Assembly: GCA_963828125.1 (NCBI GenBank)
Contig: CAWHDP010000001.1
Span: 32,001-96,000 of the forward strand
Length of the DNA: 64,000 nucleotides
Direction of reading: 5' to 3'
From: an uncultured Chlamydiae bacterium
GTDB lineage: Bacteria; Chlamydiota; Chlamydiia; Chlamydiales; SM23-39
Shown piece after piece: positions 55,171-64,000 of this stretch. The notes beneath the pieces were generated by a model, which made no database searches, had not been told where the DNA came from, and saw only the letters and a list, made by a program, of their open reading frames with translations. The stretch's first letter is position 1. Each line of letters starts with the position of its first letter. A program made the position numbers and the translations under genes.

Positions 55171-56034
55171 TTATTTGAAGAGGTTTTTCAGAAACTGGCC
55201 GATCTGCCCGATTCCCTGGCGCCCTTCGGGAATTTCGCTTGCAAAAAGTTCCCAGCAATGGATCATGTCGGGCCATTTTTCCAGTTTGCTGTTTTTTAGC
55301 TGGCTGGCGAGTGCAATGGCCTCTTCGTAGAGGAGTTCTTGAGTCCCTGTTTGGATGAGGACAGGGGGGAGGCCCGATAGATCGCCATAAAGAGGGGAGA
55401 TGAACGGATCTTTCAGATCCCGGGAGCCCCGATACAGTTGGGCGGCGGCAATGAGCCGCTCGGGGCGAAGAATGTCTTTGCGATCCGCGTAGTGTGTTTT
55501 CGACAGATCGACCCAAGGGCAAATGCAAACGGCTCCAGCGGGCAGGGGGATGTTTTCCAGCTTAAGGCGTAAAAGGAGGGAGAGGAGGAGTCCGCCGCCT
55601 GCCGAATTGCCGGCGAGGGCGATCTGGTTGGGGGGGAAGGGGTGGCGGAGGAGCCACTGATAGGCGGTGAGCGCATCTTCGAGCGCCGCTGGAAACGGAT
55701 GTTCCGGGGCGAGGCGGTAGTCGATTCCGAGGACTGCACAGCCGCTCGCCTCGCCGATCCGTCCGATCAGCCCTCTATGGGAGCGAACCGATCCGGCGCA
55801 ATAGGATCCCCCAAAGAAAAAAAGGACGACCGGCTGTTTTTTGACATGGGGAGCAAAAGCCCAGCAGGCGGGGATCTTCCCGATAGAGAATTCCTCAAAA
55901 CGGACTTCGGGCGGAACCGGATAACTGGCCATCCACTTGGCAAACCCGTCGCGGATCTCCTCGATGGGTGCATCGGCAGGCAAAGCCTTGCTAATGAGTT
56001 TGGGGTAGAGGGCTTCGTATTCCTGGCTCGGCAT
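55171..56034 (-). CDS. Alpha/beta hydrolase, HSL/GDXG esterase family
   Basis: FGGSY, DYRLAPEHPFPAALED, GNSAGG, PWVDL, ISPLYGDLSGLPP, MIHCW. Confidence 0.9.
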   Translation of the reverse strand: MPSQEYEALYPKLISKALPADAPIEEIRDGFAKWMASYPVPPEVRFEEFSIGKIPACWAFAPHVKKQPVVLFFFGGSYCAGSVRSHRGLIGRIGEASGCAVLGIDYRLAPEHPFPAALEDALTAYQWLLRHPFPPNQIALAGNSAGGGLLLSLLLRLKLENIPLPAGAVCICPWVDLSKTHYADRKDILRPERLIAAAQLYRGSRDLKDPFISPLYGDLSGLPPVLIQTGTQELLYEEAIALASQLKNSKLEKWPDMIHCWELFASEIPEGRQGIGQIGQFLKNLFK

Positions 56035-56041
56035 ATTTTGG

Positions 56042-56070
56042 GGTATAGCAAACGACCCGAAAGTTGGCAA
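56042..56070 (-). promoter_or_regulatory. Promoter of the esterase gene, leaderless configuration
   Basis: TTGCCA-17-TATACC ending 7 nt before ATG 56034. Confidence 0.55.
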
Positions 56071-56074
56071 CCCC

Positions 56075-56494
56075 CTAATGACAGCAGCAGGAATCCTTTG
56101 CGCAGGCGTTCATGTCGCTTGCGATCTCGATGAGAATGCCATTGAAATCCCGCACATAGCCCACTGTTTGGCCCCACGGCTTTTCCTCTGGAGAGGCGAC
56201 GAGCTCGGCGCCCGACTTGATTGCATGGGCAAACGAACGGCGGATGTCTTTGGCGGTAAAGGAAATTTCACAGCCAGGGAGCTCTTTGAGTCCGATGGGT
56301 CTAAATCCTTGAGGGAGGTTCTGTTTGGCAAGCTCCATTGAAGCGAAGCCGAGCGCCGTCGATCCAGTTTCTAGCTGTCCGTAGTGGCCCGTTGGGTCGA
56401 TGAAGGATCTTTTCAGCCCGAACGCCTTTTCAAAAAAGGCGATTGTTTTTGCCACATCTTCTACATAAAAAATAACTGTCCCTAACCGATTCAT
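56075..56494 (-). CDS. VOC/glyoxalase family protein
   Basis: YVEDVAKTIAFFEKAFG, GQLETG, EEKPWGQTVGYVRDFNGILIEI. Confidence 0.9.
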   Translation of the reverse strand: MNRLGTVIFYVEDVAKTIAFFEKAFGLKRSFIDPTGHYGQLETGSTALGFASMELAKQNLPQGFRPIGLKELPGCEISFTAKDIRRSFAHAIKSGAELVASPEEKPWGQTVGYVRDFNGILIEIASDMNACAKDSCCCH

Positions 56495-56570
56495 ATATTC
56501 CTCCCAAAGGGAACTATTGTCCCATTTCTCTCCCTTTCGATCAATTCATTGTTTTGATAGGCTGAAAACC

Positions 56571-57590
56571 ATGAAATTTGTCCTCTGCCTTGTTCTCCTT
56601 TGCGGCTCCTTGCAAGCTCTATCTAAAGCCCCAGAGCCGTCCCGTACCGCCCCGATTCATATCGGGGTCCACACAGAAAAATACCAAGACGAAAGTCGTA
56701 AGCGCCCTGTTTTGGTGGAGGTGTGGTATCCGACCCACCGGACAGGGCCCATCGATCAGCCTGAGGATCTCGCCTGGGTTCACCCGAGCGAGGTGCGCGA
56801 TGGGGAGCTTGCCGATGGGAAATACTCGCTCATTGTCATGTCCCACGGCCATTTCGGCGATCGGCGCGATCGGAGCTGGCTGGTCGAGACCTTCGTTAAA
56901 AATGGATTTATTGTCGCCTCTGTGGAACACTACGGCAACTCGTGGCGCAGCTACAACCCTCTCTTGAGTCTCCGCTTTTGGGAAAGGGCGCGGGATATTA
57001 GTTTTGCGATCACTCAAATATTGAAGGATCCCTCTTTAAGCAGATATATCGACCCTAAGCGGATCGGGTTTGTCGGCTATTCATTGGGCGGGATGACTGG
57101 GCTGGCTCTCGGCGGAGCGAAGGCCGAAAATGTCAGAGAGATCGTCATCAAGCAGCAGGAGTCGTTCAAAGACATCCAGCTCGATCTGGTCAAGGAGGTC
57201 GATTTTACTGAGGCGCAGGGCAGTTTTGCCGATAAACGGATTAAGGCCCTGGCGCTCCTTTCTCCCGCAGCGTTTGTCTACACGCCCCAATCGTTCAAAA
57301 ATATCAAAGTGCCAGTTGCGCTGGTCGCATCGGAAGGGGACGAGGTGCTCCCCTTCAAAGAGCACGCCTCTAAGGTGATCGAATATTTGTCCCCAGCCAG
57401 ACTCAAGCTCAAGCTCCTCCGAGACAAAGTCTCCCACTATGTCTTCCTGAACCGCGTTTCAGACGCGGGTAAAGAGCTGGCCTCCGATGAGATCCAAACA
57501 GAGACGATTCAGACAGACCGGCTCACTGTCCATAAAGAAGTGGGCGATTTTCTCGCTCTCTTTTTCAAAGAACACCTGGTGGATTTCTAG
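56571..57590 (+). CDS. Exported alpha/beta hydrolase (PAF-AH/chlorophyllase-like)
   Basis: Signal peptide, VWYP, MSHGHFG, GFIVASVEH.GN, ERARDIS, GYSLGG, HYVFL. Confidence 0.85.
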   Translation: MKFVLCLVLLCGSLQALSKAPEPSRTAPIHIGVHTEKYQDESRKRPVLVEVWYPTHRTGPIDQPEDLAWVHPSEVRDGELADGKYSLIVMSHGHFGDRRDRSWLVETFVKNGFIVASVEHYGNSWRSYNPLLSLRFWERARDISFAITQILKDPSLSRYIDPKRIGFVGYSLGGMTGLALGGAKAENVREIVIKQQESFKDIQLDLVKEVDFTEAQGSFADKRIKALALLSPAAFVYTPQSFKNIKVPVALVASEGDEVLPFKEHASKVIEYLSPARLKLKLLRDKVSHYVFLNRVSDAGKELASDEIQTETIQTDRLTVHKEVGDFLALFFKEHLVDF

Positions 57591-57602
57591 CCCGCAGTAT
57601 AG

Positions 57603-58919
57603 TTAATAAATATAAGGGATGATTTTATAGGGGACCTCTTTGCAGTATTGGTCCCAGTATTTCCCATATTTATCTGCGCATCTCTTGTCGTGGCGGAAGG
57701 CTCGGTCAACTAAGAGAATCGTGAGAAAGAGTACGTAGAAATAGGGGAGAAAATCGGTAAATAGTGCGGGGACAGACCAGAAAAAAGCGGCCATCAGTTC
57801 GGGGATATAGTGGAAGTGGCGTGATAGGCCCCACCAGCCTGAGCTGAGGAGGAGGGTCTGTTTGGTTTCGCCAGTTTGCGTCTTGTAAGTGGCGTGAATC
57901 AGGTTTGGCTTGCTCCTCCAGATGAGACAGGCGCCGTTTTTAGCCCGCACCTGCTGTCTTTGCCGATCGGCGAGGTAATTGATCAAAATACTGCCGAGAC
58001 CTGCGAGGAAAATGGCGGTGGCCAGTCCGGTTCCTAAGTGATGCGGATGGTGGATGAGATAGAGAGTGGGCGAGGTATAAATGCAGGGGAGCCAGACAAG
58101 ACAGCCCCAGCAGATCATAAAGCCGGCCCTGTCGTGCATGATGTCGAGCGAGCGGAGATATCCAGTTTCCCAAAAGAAAAATTTTCCCACGTAAATCAGT
58201 TGAAGGGCGACGGCCACGACCATCGCGTCGGTGAGTCCGTAAAGCTCCTCCTGTTTGGCTGCGTAGGAGAGAATAATGAGGGGCCATCCCATCATCCCAA
58301 AGCGGCAATTGGTGAATAGTTTTACATCCCAGCCGAAAATGCGGGGATAGAGCTCGGTTCCCCAGTAGTAATCGAAGAGGCGGTAGCCGCTGATCCCAGA
58401 ATCTGTGCTGGAGGGGGCGTAAATGCCTTTAAAATAAAGGCCAAGACAGAGGAGGAGGCTAAAGGAGTTCAGCGCGCCAAGAATCTCTCCTAAGTGGTCG
58501 TAGATGAGGGTCGGGGAAAAAAGATGGAACTTAAAGCTGGCCAGGTAAAAGGCGCTAAACGTGATGATAAAACAGGCGACCCCATTGGCTTTGTAAATAG
58601 GGACATTGCCCTTGGGGGTGATGGGGCCGACGAACGGTTTACCCGGTACGCATTTCATCAAGAACAATTGAAAAACAGCGAAGGCGCCGATGATTTTCCA
58701 GGCTATGGGGGTGCCGAAAAAGACTGGGAACCAGATCGAGGCGATGGTGGAAAAAAGTCCTTGGGAGAGGACGATCTGCCAAAAGGCGGCGAAAGAGCCG
58801 TCTAGCGCCGTCGCTGTGTACCAAAATACGAAAACAGCTGGCGGACAAATGGTTAGGAGGATGAGGGGGATGAGATAGTGTTGGATCCAGGTCGGAGTGC
58901 GTGTCGTGGCGGCGTTCAT
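57603..58919 (-). CDS. Sterol Delta7-reductase-like (DHCR7/DWF5; ERG4/ERG24 family)
   Basis: GPITPKGNVPIYKANG, DYYWGTELYPR, NCRFGMM, DIMHDRAGFMICWGCLVW, LLLSSGWWGLSRHFHY, CADKYGKYWDQYC. Confidence 0.93.
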   Translation of the reverse strand: MNAATTRTPTWIQHYLIPLILLTICPPAVFVFWYTATALDGSFAAFWQIVLSQGLFSTIASIWFPVFFGTPIAWKIIGAFAVFQLFLMKCVPGKPFVGPITPKGNVPIYKANGVACFIITFSAFYLASFKFHLFSPTLIYDHLGEILGALNSFSLLLCLGLYFKGIYAPSSTDSGISGYRLFDYYWGTELYPRIFGWDVKLFTNCRFGMMGWPLIILSYAAKQEELYGLTDAMVVAVALQLIYVGKFFFWETGYLRSLDIMHDRAGFMICWGCLVWLPCIYTSPTLYLIHHPHHLGTGLATAIFLAGLGSILINYLADRQRQQVRAKNGACLIWRSKPNLIHATYKTQTGETKQTLLLSSGWWGLSRHFHYIPELMAAFFWSVPALFTDFLPYFYVLFLTILLVDRAFRHDKRCADKYGKYWDQYCKEVPYKIIPYIY

Positions 58920-58988
58920 TTTTTCTCCCTGCAGGTGCAAACCTAGAAATATAAGATTCGAATCGTTTTTTTCCACCTCTTATTTTTC

Positions 58989-60128
58989 TTAGATGGCTCT
59001 TGAGAGCAGTTTTAAGACAAATGCGATCGCAATCGGCATCCGGACGGTCGACCATCCCCACAATTTGTGGAAGATGCTGAGGACTGTGAGGACGATCAAT
59101 GCAGGATAAACCGCCTCTAAGATGGGTCCCAAAAATCTTGCGATGCCAGAAAATTCGAGGGTCGATATGCCAAAGGCGATCGCGAGGGTGACGATAAGGG
59201 CTGTCCCTGAGTTGATTTTTTCTCGCATCACCTCTTTTTTGAAAAATTCGGCAAAGAGGGAGGCGAGGACAATGGCGGTCGTTAAGCAGGCGAGGACGAC
59301 GGTGCAGCAGACGATCGGGGCGGCAAACGAGCCGAGGGCCTCATTCGCGACGAAGCCAAGCATCTCTTGTGGGGGAACCGAGGCGAGCTTTGGAGCGTAG
59401 ATGGCGCCGAGGAGAACCAAAATGACGTAGACAATCGATAAAAGGCCGGCTCCGATAACGGAAGATTTCAAGAAGACGGGTAGAGAGCTTTGGGCCGTGG
59501 GACCCCGCTCTTTGAGATGCTTAATCACGAAGGCTGAAAAAAAGAAAGCGGCCAGGAGATCCATCGTCTGGTAGCCTTGCACGATTCCGTTTTTAAAGCT
59601 GCTCCAGCTGCCGTTGGGGCTGACGGGGGGAAGATCGGCAGAGAGGAGGCCGAAGAGGGCGATTGCGCTCAGTGCGAGGAGGAGGAGGGGCGTTAAAATC
59701 GTGCCGAGAAGGGGGACGATCCTATTTTTTCGGATCGCAAGGAAAAAAGTAAGGGCGCAGCAGACCATGCTGAAAAGCCACAGAGGAGTGTCAGGGAGGA
59801 CTAGGCGGAAGGCGCCGTGTGCGACGGTGATGCAGCGGGCCAGGACGCCAAAAGGACCCATGAGAGATAGGGCGATGAGGGGGAACCAAAATATCGCAGG
59901 GCGGCCCAGTCTGCCAAAAAAATCTTTGGAGTTGCCGTTGAATAGGAGCATGGCAAGGATGCCGAGGAACGGGACTAGTACGCCGGTGAGGAGGATTCCG
60001 ATCGACGCAAGGCCGAAATGGCCTTCGCTCATTTGTCCGACGACTAGAGGAAACACGAGATTGCCAGAGCCGAAAAACATCGAAAACATCGCGAGACCCG
60101 TCGAAAATGTCAAAGAATTGTTTTTCAT
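58989..60128 (-). CDS. brnQ: Branched-chain amino acid transport carrier
   Basis: GLAMFSMFFGSGNLVFP, GPFGVLAR, GYQTMDLLAAFFF, LACLTTA, YPALI. Confidence 0.93.
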   Translation of the reverse strand: MKNNSLTFSTGLAMFSMFFGSGNLVFPLVVGQMSEGHFGLASIGILLTGVLVPFLGILAMLLFNGNSKDFFGRLGRPAIFWFPLIALSLMGPFGVLARCITVAHGAFRLVLPDTPLWLFSMVCCALTFFLAIRKNRIVPLLGTILTPLLLLALSAIALFGLLSADLPPVSPNGSWSSFKNGIVQGYQTMDLLAAFFFSAFVIKHLKERGPTAQSSLPVFLKSSVIGAGLLSIVYVILVLLGAIYAPKLASVPPQEMLGFVANEALGSFAAPIVCCTVVLACLTTAIVLASLFAEFFKKEVMREKINSGTALIVTLAIAFGISTLEFSGIARFLGPILEAVYPALIVLTVLSIFHKLWGWSTVRMPIAIAFVLKLLSRAI

Positions 60129-60137
60129 AGGGCACAC

Positions 60138-60166
60138 ATTATAATCAGCTCCCGTCTTCCATGCAA
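60138..60166 (-). promoter_or_regulatory. Promoter of brnQ
   Basis: TTGCAT-17-TATAAT, 9 nt before the ATG. Confidence 0.7.
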
Positions 60167-60253
60167 GGTTTTGGGCAATAAAATTCGAAGTTGTCATTTT
60201 GTGGTTCCAACCTGTAGAATCTTTGACCTCTTGACTCAATCAATGGGGAGCCG

Positions 60254-62050
60254 ATGATTAAAAAAAATATTTGTCTCTTATTTCTTCTTCCTTATCTGTT
60301 GTACGCTGAAATGTCGCCGAAGGCGGCGAGGGCGAGAGATCTTCTGGAACAATTCGATCCATGCATAGAGAGAGCGCTGAAAGATTATCAAGTCCCGGGG
60401 GTCGCGATCGGCGTTGTGGTCGATGGTCATCTTGTCTATGCAAAAGGTTATGGATACCGCGATATTGAGCGGCAGCTCCCGATGACTAAAGAGACTCTTT
60501 TCGCCATTGGCTCCTGTACGAAAGCGTTCACGACTTTTGCCATTGGCAATTTAGTCGATGAGGGATATATGGGGTGGGATCAGCCGGTGATCGATCTTCT
60601 TCCGGAGTTTAGGCTCTGGGATCAATATGCAACGACGAATGTGACCCTGCGCGATTTGCTCACGCATCGAACGGGACTGCCGCGCCATGAATTTGTCGCC
60701 TATAATTCCAAGATCAGCAAGAGCGAGATGCTCAAGCGGATCCGGTATCTGCAGCCCTCTTCCGAGGTGCGCGAGAGATACCAATACGGCAACTTGATGT
60801 ATTTCACGGCGGGACTTGCCATGGAAAAGGTGGCCGGAAAACCTTGGGAGCAGTTGATTCAAGAAAAAATTTTGACCCCTCTTGAAATGACCCATACCAA
60901 TTTTTCAGTGGAGGAGACGGAGGCGTCGGATAATTTTGCGTGGCCTTATCTCGAAAAAAACGATGCGCTCAAAAAAATCCCTTTTCGCAACCTCTCGCTC
61001 ATCAGCGCTGCGGGTGCGATCAATTCAAATGTTGAGGAGATGACCCATTGGCTCCAAATGCTGCTCGCTGGCGGGGTGTATAAAAACCAGACGTTGATCA
61101 GCCCTGCAACGCTGCAGGAGCTTTATGCGCCGCAAGTGATCATTCCGGGCGCCCCTGAAACGAAAGAGAGCCTCCTTCTCGCCTATGGGATTGGATGGCA
61201 TGTCCTCTCTTATCAAGGGAAATATTTTGTCAGCCACGACGGTGTTTCTGATGGATTCACGTCAATGGTCGGTTTTTTCCCGACCGAAAATATCGGCGTC
61301 GTCGTCCTCGCCAATAAAAATATGACAGGGTTTCCCCGTTTTCTCTCTCTTGAGATCATCGATCAAATCCTCGAGCTGCCGTATCACGATTGGTTTAGCG
61401 AGGGGCTGGAGAGTCTCAGGAAAAATAAGCTAGCCATGAAGGAGAGCAAAAGCAATGAAGACGGTTTGCGTAAAAAGGGGACCTCTCCTTGCCATCCGAT
61501 CGAGGAATATGCAGGGGTTTACGAGCATCCTGGATATGGGAAGCTGACGATTGAGCCAGTCGATGGAAAACTCCAAGCGAATTACAATGATCTAATCTTT
61601 GTATTGGACCACTGGCATTACGATGTGTTTTCAGTGGTGCAAGAAATGCAGGACATGGTCGTCTCTGTTGAAGGGACGAAATTCACTTTTTGCAATAACC
61701 CCAATGGGGATATTGGCGAGGTGGCCGTCCCATTTGAGCCCAAAGCCGATGACATTGTCTTCAAGCGGAAGACGGAGGGGTCGCTCTCGACGCTCAACTA
61801 TTTACGGAAGTTTACTGGAGTTTATGAAATTTATGGCTACACGGTTGAAGTGGTGGTTCGCAATCACACTCTGCTCGCGATCATTCCCGGACAGCCGATC
61901 TATGAACTCACCCCCGCCGCCGAGAATGAGTTTGCTGTGAAATCGATGACCGGATCTACCGTCCGCTTTGTCCTTGATCCCGGCGAGAAGGTGACAGAGG
62001 TCTTGCTCATGCACCCTTATGGAGCTTTTTCCGCGAAGCCCAAACACTAG
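60254..62050 (+). CDS. Exported serine hydrolase (beta-lactamase/AmpC-like, with DUF3471-like C-terminal domains)
   Basis: FAIGSCTKAFT (SxxK), LLTHRTGLP, YGN, HDG, YAGVYEHPGYG. Confidence 0.9.
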   Translation: MIKKNICLLFLLPYLLYAEMSPKAARARDLLEQFDPCIERALKDYQVPGVAIGVVVDGHLVYAKGYGYRDIERQLPMTKETLFAIGSCTKAFTTFAIGNLVDEGYMGWDQPVIDLLPEFRLWDQYATTNVTLRDLLTHRTGLPRHEFVAYNSKISKSEMLKRIRYLQPSSEVRERYQYGNLMYFTAGLAMEKVAGKPWEQLIQEKILTPLEMTHTNFSVEETEASDNFAWPYLEKNDALKKIPFRNLSLISAAGAINSNVEEMTHWLQMLLAGGVYKNQTLISPATLQELYAPQVIIPGAPETKESLLLAYGIGWHVLSYQGKYFVSHDGVSDGFTSMVGFFPTENIGVVVLANKNMTGFPRFLSLEIIDQILELPYHDWFSEGLESLRKNKLAMKESKSNEDGLRKKGTSPCHPIEEYAGVYEHPGYGKLTIEPVDGKLQANYNDLIFVLDHWHYDVFSVVQEMQDMVVSVEGTKFTFCNNPNGDIGEVAVPFEPKADDIVFKRKTEGSLSTLNYLRKFTGVYEIYGYTVEVVVRNHTLLAIIPGQPIYELTPAAENEFAVKSMTGSTVRFVLDPGEKVTEVLLMHPYGAFSAKPKH

Positions 62051-62218
62051 CCCGCATTTCTCACACAGCCGCGTAACATCTGCTCAATCTGTCACGCCAT
62101 CTTTCGCCCATCGCTCGTCGCTAATAGGACTCTTCCTATTAGCTTCCTCGCGATTTGCAAAATCTAGCGTAACATCTTGAGCACCTTTTCTCGCGTCTGT
62201 GTGAGAAATGGGGGCTAG
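62047..62218. mobile_element. Family B MITE / palindromic element, 172 bp
   Basis: 27-bp terminal inverted repeats ctagcccgcatttctcacacagccgcg / cgcgtctgtgtgagaaatgggggctag (2 mismatches); internal hairpin 62120-62143; direct repeat gcgtaacatct at 62071 and 62167. Confidence 0.85.
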
Positions 62219-63276
62219 AAATCGACGCTGAGGCGCGTAGTCAATCCGTAGAGCGCTAGGAGGCTCGAATTGATCCGTGTCTCTTTGGCCTCTGACGGAG
62301 TCCCTGCGCTGGATCTGTAAATTTCTTGCACATTCCACCACAAATTTGCTTCATAACCGACGAACACTTCGATCCGATTATAGGTCAGGTTTTTCTGGTA
62401 AGACGGTCCGAGGCTCATCTGGGCGGTTGCCACGGGGCGGACGTCCCTGTACGACGTGTCGCGGACGGGAACGGATGGATCGTCTGTGGGCGTTGGCTGA
62501 AAAGTTGTGTTTTGCCGAACCCGATTGTTGTAGCTACCCATCAATAAGCCAAGAAACCCTTGCGCTGTTAAATAGAGTTCGCCGGTCCAATACCAATCTA
62601 CGATGGTTCCGCTTTTCAGTCCGCCGCCGACAAATTTCCACCGGTTTCGGACGGAGGTCGTATTCGGAACCGAATCGGTGTAGTGGAATCTCCAATCCTG
62701 ACTCATCCAGGCGCTGAAAGCGCCTCCGAGGAGTCTGAATCTCAGGTGAGGATTTGGGAAAAAGACCCGCGAGACGAGCCAATCGAAGACGTTGTAATTC
62801 AGATGGATTCGGCTGTGGGCGCCCGATAGGGGTTCCGTCGTAATTTGGGGCCAAGTGCCGGTCAGGTATTCCTCCGTCGGACCTGGCTTAGAAGCATGGT
62901 TGCTTCCGCGGCTCGTCATCCGCGTATATTGCCATCTTGCCTCCCAGTAGTGGGTCGCTCGAAAATAGAGGAGTCCGAGCCGAAACCCTGGATCGAGGCC
63001 GTAGGTCGCATTTTCAAATTTCCCTTGGGCGTAAGAGGGGCTTGGACCCCACGCGTTATGGCGCATGCTGAGAGCGTAATCGAGAGCTCCTTCCGCAACG
63101 CTCCAGTAGAGAAATTCGGCGCTGCCGGAGAAGATTTGATCGTATCTTTTGAATAGGTCAGGGCCGCAAGGATCCTCTTTAGGATAGCAGCAAATATTTG
63201 GAGATCTTTCGCAAGCGTTCATCATTGCGTTTAGAGTCAATACGGACTGGGCTGCAATCAGAAAAATCCATTTCAT
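62215..63276 (-). CDS. MOMP-like beta-barrel outer membrane protein (Lpg1974-type), Cys-rich N-terminus
   Basis: Signal peptide, AEFLYW, DPGFRLG, GYEANLWWN, C-terminal LYGLTTRLSVDF. Confidence 0.82.
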   Translation of the reverse strand: MKWIFLIAAQSVLTLNAMMNACERSPNICCYPKEDPCGPDLFKRYDQIFSGSAEFLYWSVAEGALDYALSMRHNAWGPSPSYAQGKFENATYGLDPGFRLGLLYFRATHYWEARWQYTRMTSRGSNHASKPGPTEEYLTGTWPQITTEPLSGAHSRIHLNYNVFDWLVSRVFFPNPHLRFRLLGGAFSAWMSQDWRFHYTDSVPNTTSVRNRWKFVGGGLKSGTIVDWYWTGELYLTAQGFLGLLMGSYNNRVRQNTTFQPTPTDDPSVPVRDTSYRDVRPVATAQMSLGPSYQKNLTYNRIEVFVGYEANLWWNVQEIYRSSAGTPSEAKETRINSSLLALYGLTTRLSVDF

Positions 63277-63368
63277 GGAAGACTCTCTCCTTTTTGGTTA
63301 CATTAGAAAAAGTCTTTGGAATATTCAAGAAGATTGTTTTGAGATATACTCGGGCCGCGAGGTAAAGT

Positions 63369-63674
63369 ATGAAAAAATGGATTTTTATTTTATTGGCGTC
63401 GACGACATTTGGGGCGCTGCCGCCGTTGGCCCAGAGCATACGGGAGCTGCAGGCGCTCTTAGCCGATGGGCGGTTTTATGACGCGTTGGGCAGCGCGGGA
63501 AGGATTCAAGAGATCATCAGGACAGAACATGGATATTTGGTGATCACCCAACGCTATACAATGGAGGTCGATATAAAATATGGAAGAGGGGTGATCGGCC
63601 CGGTCCCTTTTGAATTTGAGTTTCATGAACCCGTCGATGTAGAGGAGAATCGGACACAATGGAAATATGGCTAG
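63369..63674 (+). CDS. Small exported hypothetical protein
   Basis: Signal peptide MKKWIFILLASTTFGA; overlaps the transaldolase start. Confidence 0.65.
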   Translation: MKKWIFILLASTTFGALPPLAQSIRELQALLADGRFYDALGSAGRIQEIIRTEHGYLVITQRYTMEVDIKYGRGVIGPVPFEFEFHEPVDVEENRTQWKYG

Positions 63675-64000
63675 ATACGGCGGACTATGCGCTGATTAAG
63701 AGTGCAAGGGAGATGGGAGTTCTCCATGGCGTCACGACCAATCCGTCGATCGTAGCGAAATCGAAAATTGGGATGGAAGAGCTTCTGGAAACGATTCTCG
63801 ATATCCAGCAAGGTCCGGTCACAGCTCAAGTCACAGCGCGAGAGGCTTCAACGATGATTCGGCAAGGGGCGGCGCTCCACCGGTTTTCTCCGCGGATTTT
63901 GGTCAAGGTGCCGGTGACCCAAGAGGGGCTCAAGGCGATCCACGCACTGAGTATGGAGCAGATTCCGGTCATGGCCACCACGGTGTTTGACCTGAACCAA
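63659..64000 (+). CDS. tal: Transaldolase/FSA family (3' end outside window; absent from ORF track)
   Basis: MEIWLDTAD...GVLHGVTTNPSIVAK...GPVTAQV...VKVPVTQEG...ATTVF. Confidence 0.92.
   Translation, partial: MEIWLDTADYALIKSAREMGVLHGVTTNPSIVAKSKIGMEELLETILDIQQGPVTAQVTAREASTMIRQGAALHRFSPRILVKVPVTQEGLKAIHALSMEQIPVMATTVFDLNQ

Noticed and set aside
55130..55528. N-terminal extension of the deformylase ORF
   Set aside because: Overlaps the esterase in another frame; a promoter-like sequence precedes ATG 55129
62084..62341. 85-aa ORF across the family B element
   Set aside because: Overlaps the porin 3' end and the MITE; no transposase motifs

Overview
This window is a chromosomal segment of an environmental member of the phylum Chlamydiae. 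The evidence is a chlamydial-type 16S 5' signature, a tRNA-less 16S-23S spacer, hctA, OmpA/PorB-like and MOMP-like porins, and a gene neighbourhood resembling the Chlamydia yajC-rlmD-hctA and hemG-hemN-hemE-mfd-alaS-tkt-amn-efp regions. The family cannot be fixed without a search. The backbone is housekeeping: dxr, rseP, dacB, gmhA, lpxK, an E2 acyltransferase, icd, kdsD, nhaD, a complete rRNA operon, htpG, nadE, epmA, efp, amn, mfd, alaS, tkt, hem genes, der, sulP, brnQ and tal. Accessory genes sit between them, often beside small palindromic MITE-like repeats of at least two families. The top candidate for an undescribed system is an NHLP-leader RiPP precursor with a 7-residue core (GG|PISLFES) directly downstream of a nucleotidyltransferase (48283-49403). 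Other highlights are an AvrRpt2-like papain-fold protease, an Inc-like-anchored pseudo-tyrosine-phosphatase split at a poly-C tract, a deformylase homologue lacking its catalytic Glu, a tail-anchored Q-rich protein with about 33 PQ repeats, a eukaryote-like sterol reductase, and many apparently leaderless genes. mfd (three indels), sulP and the PTP-like gene are frameshifted, which may partly be assembly error. All family calls come from motif recognition by eye; no searches were run.
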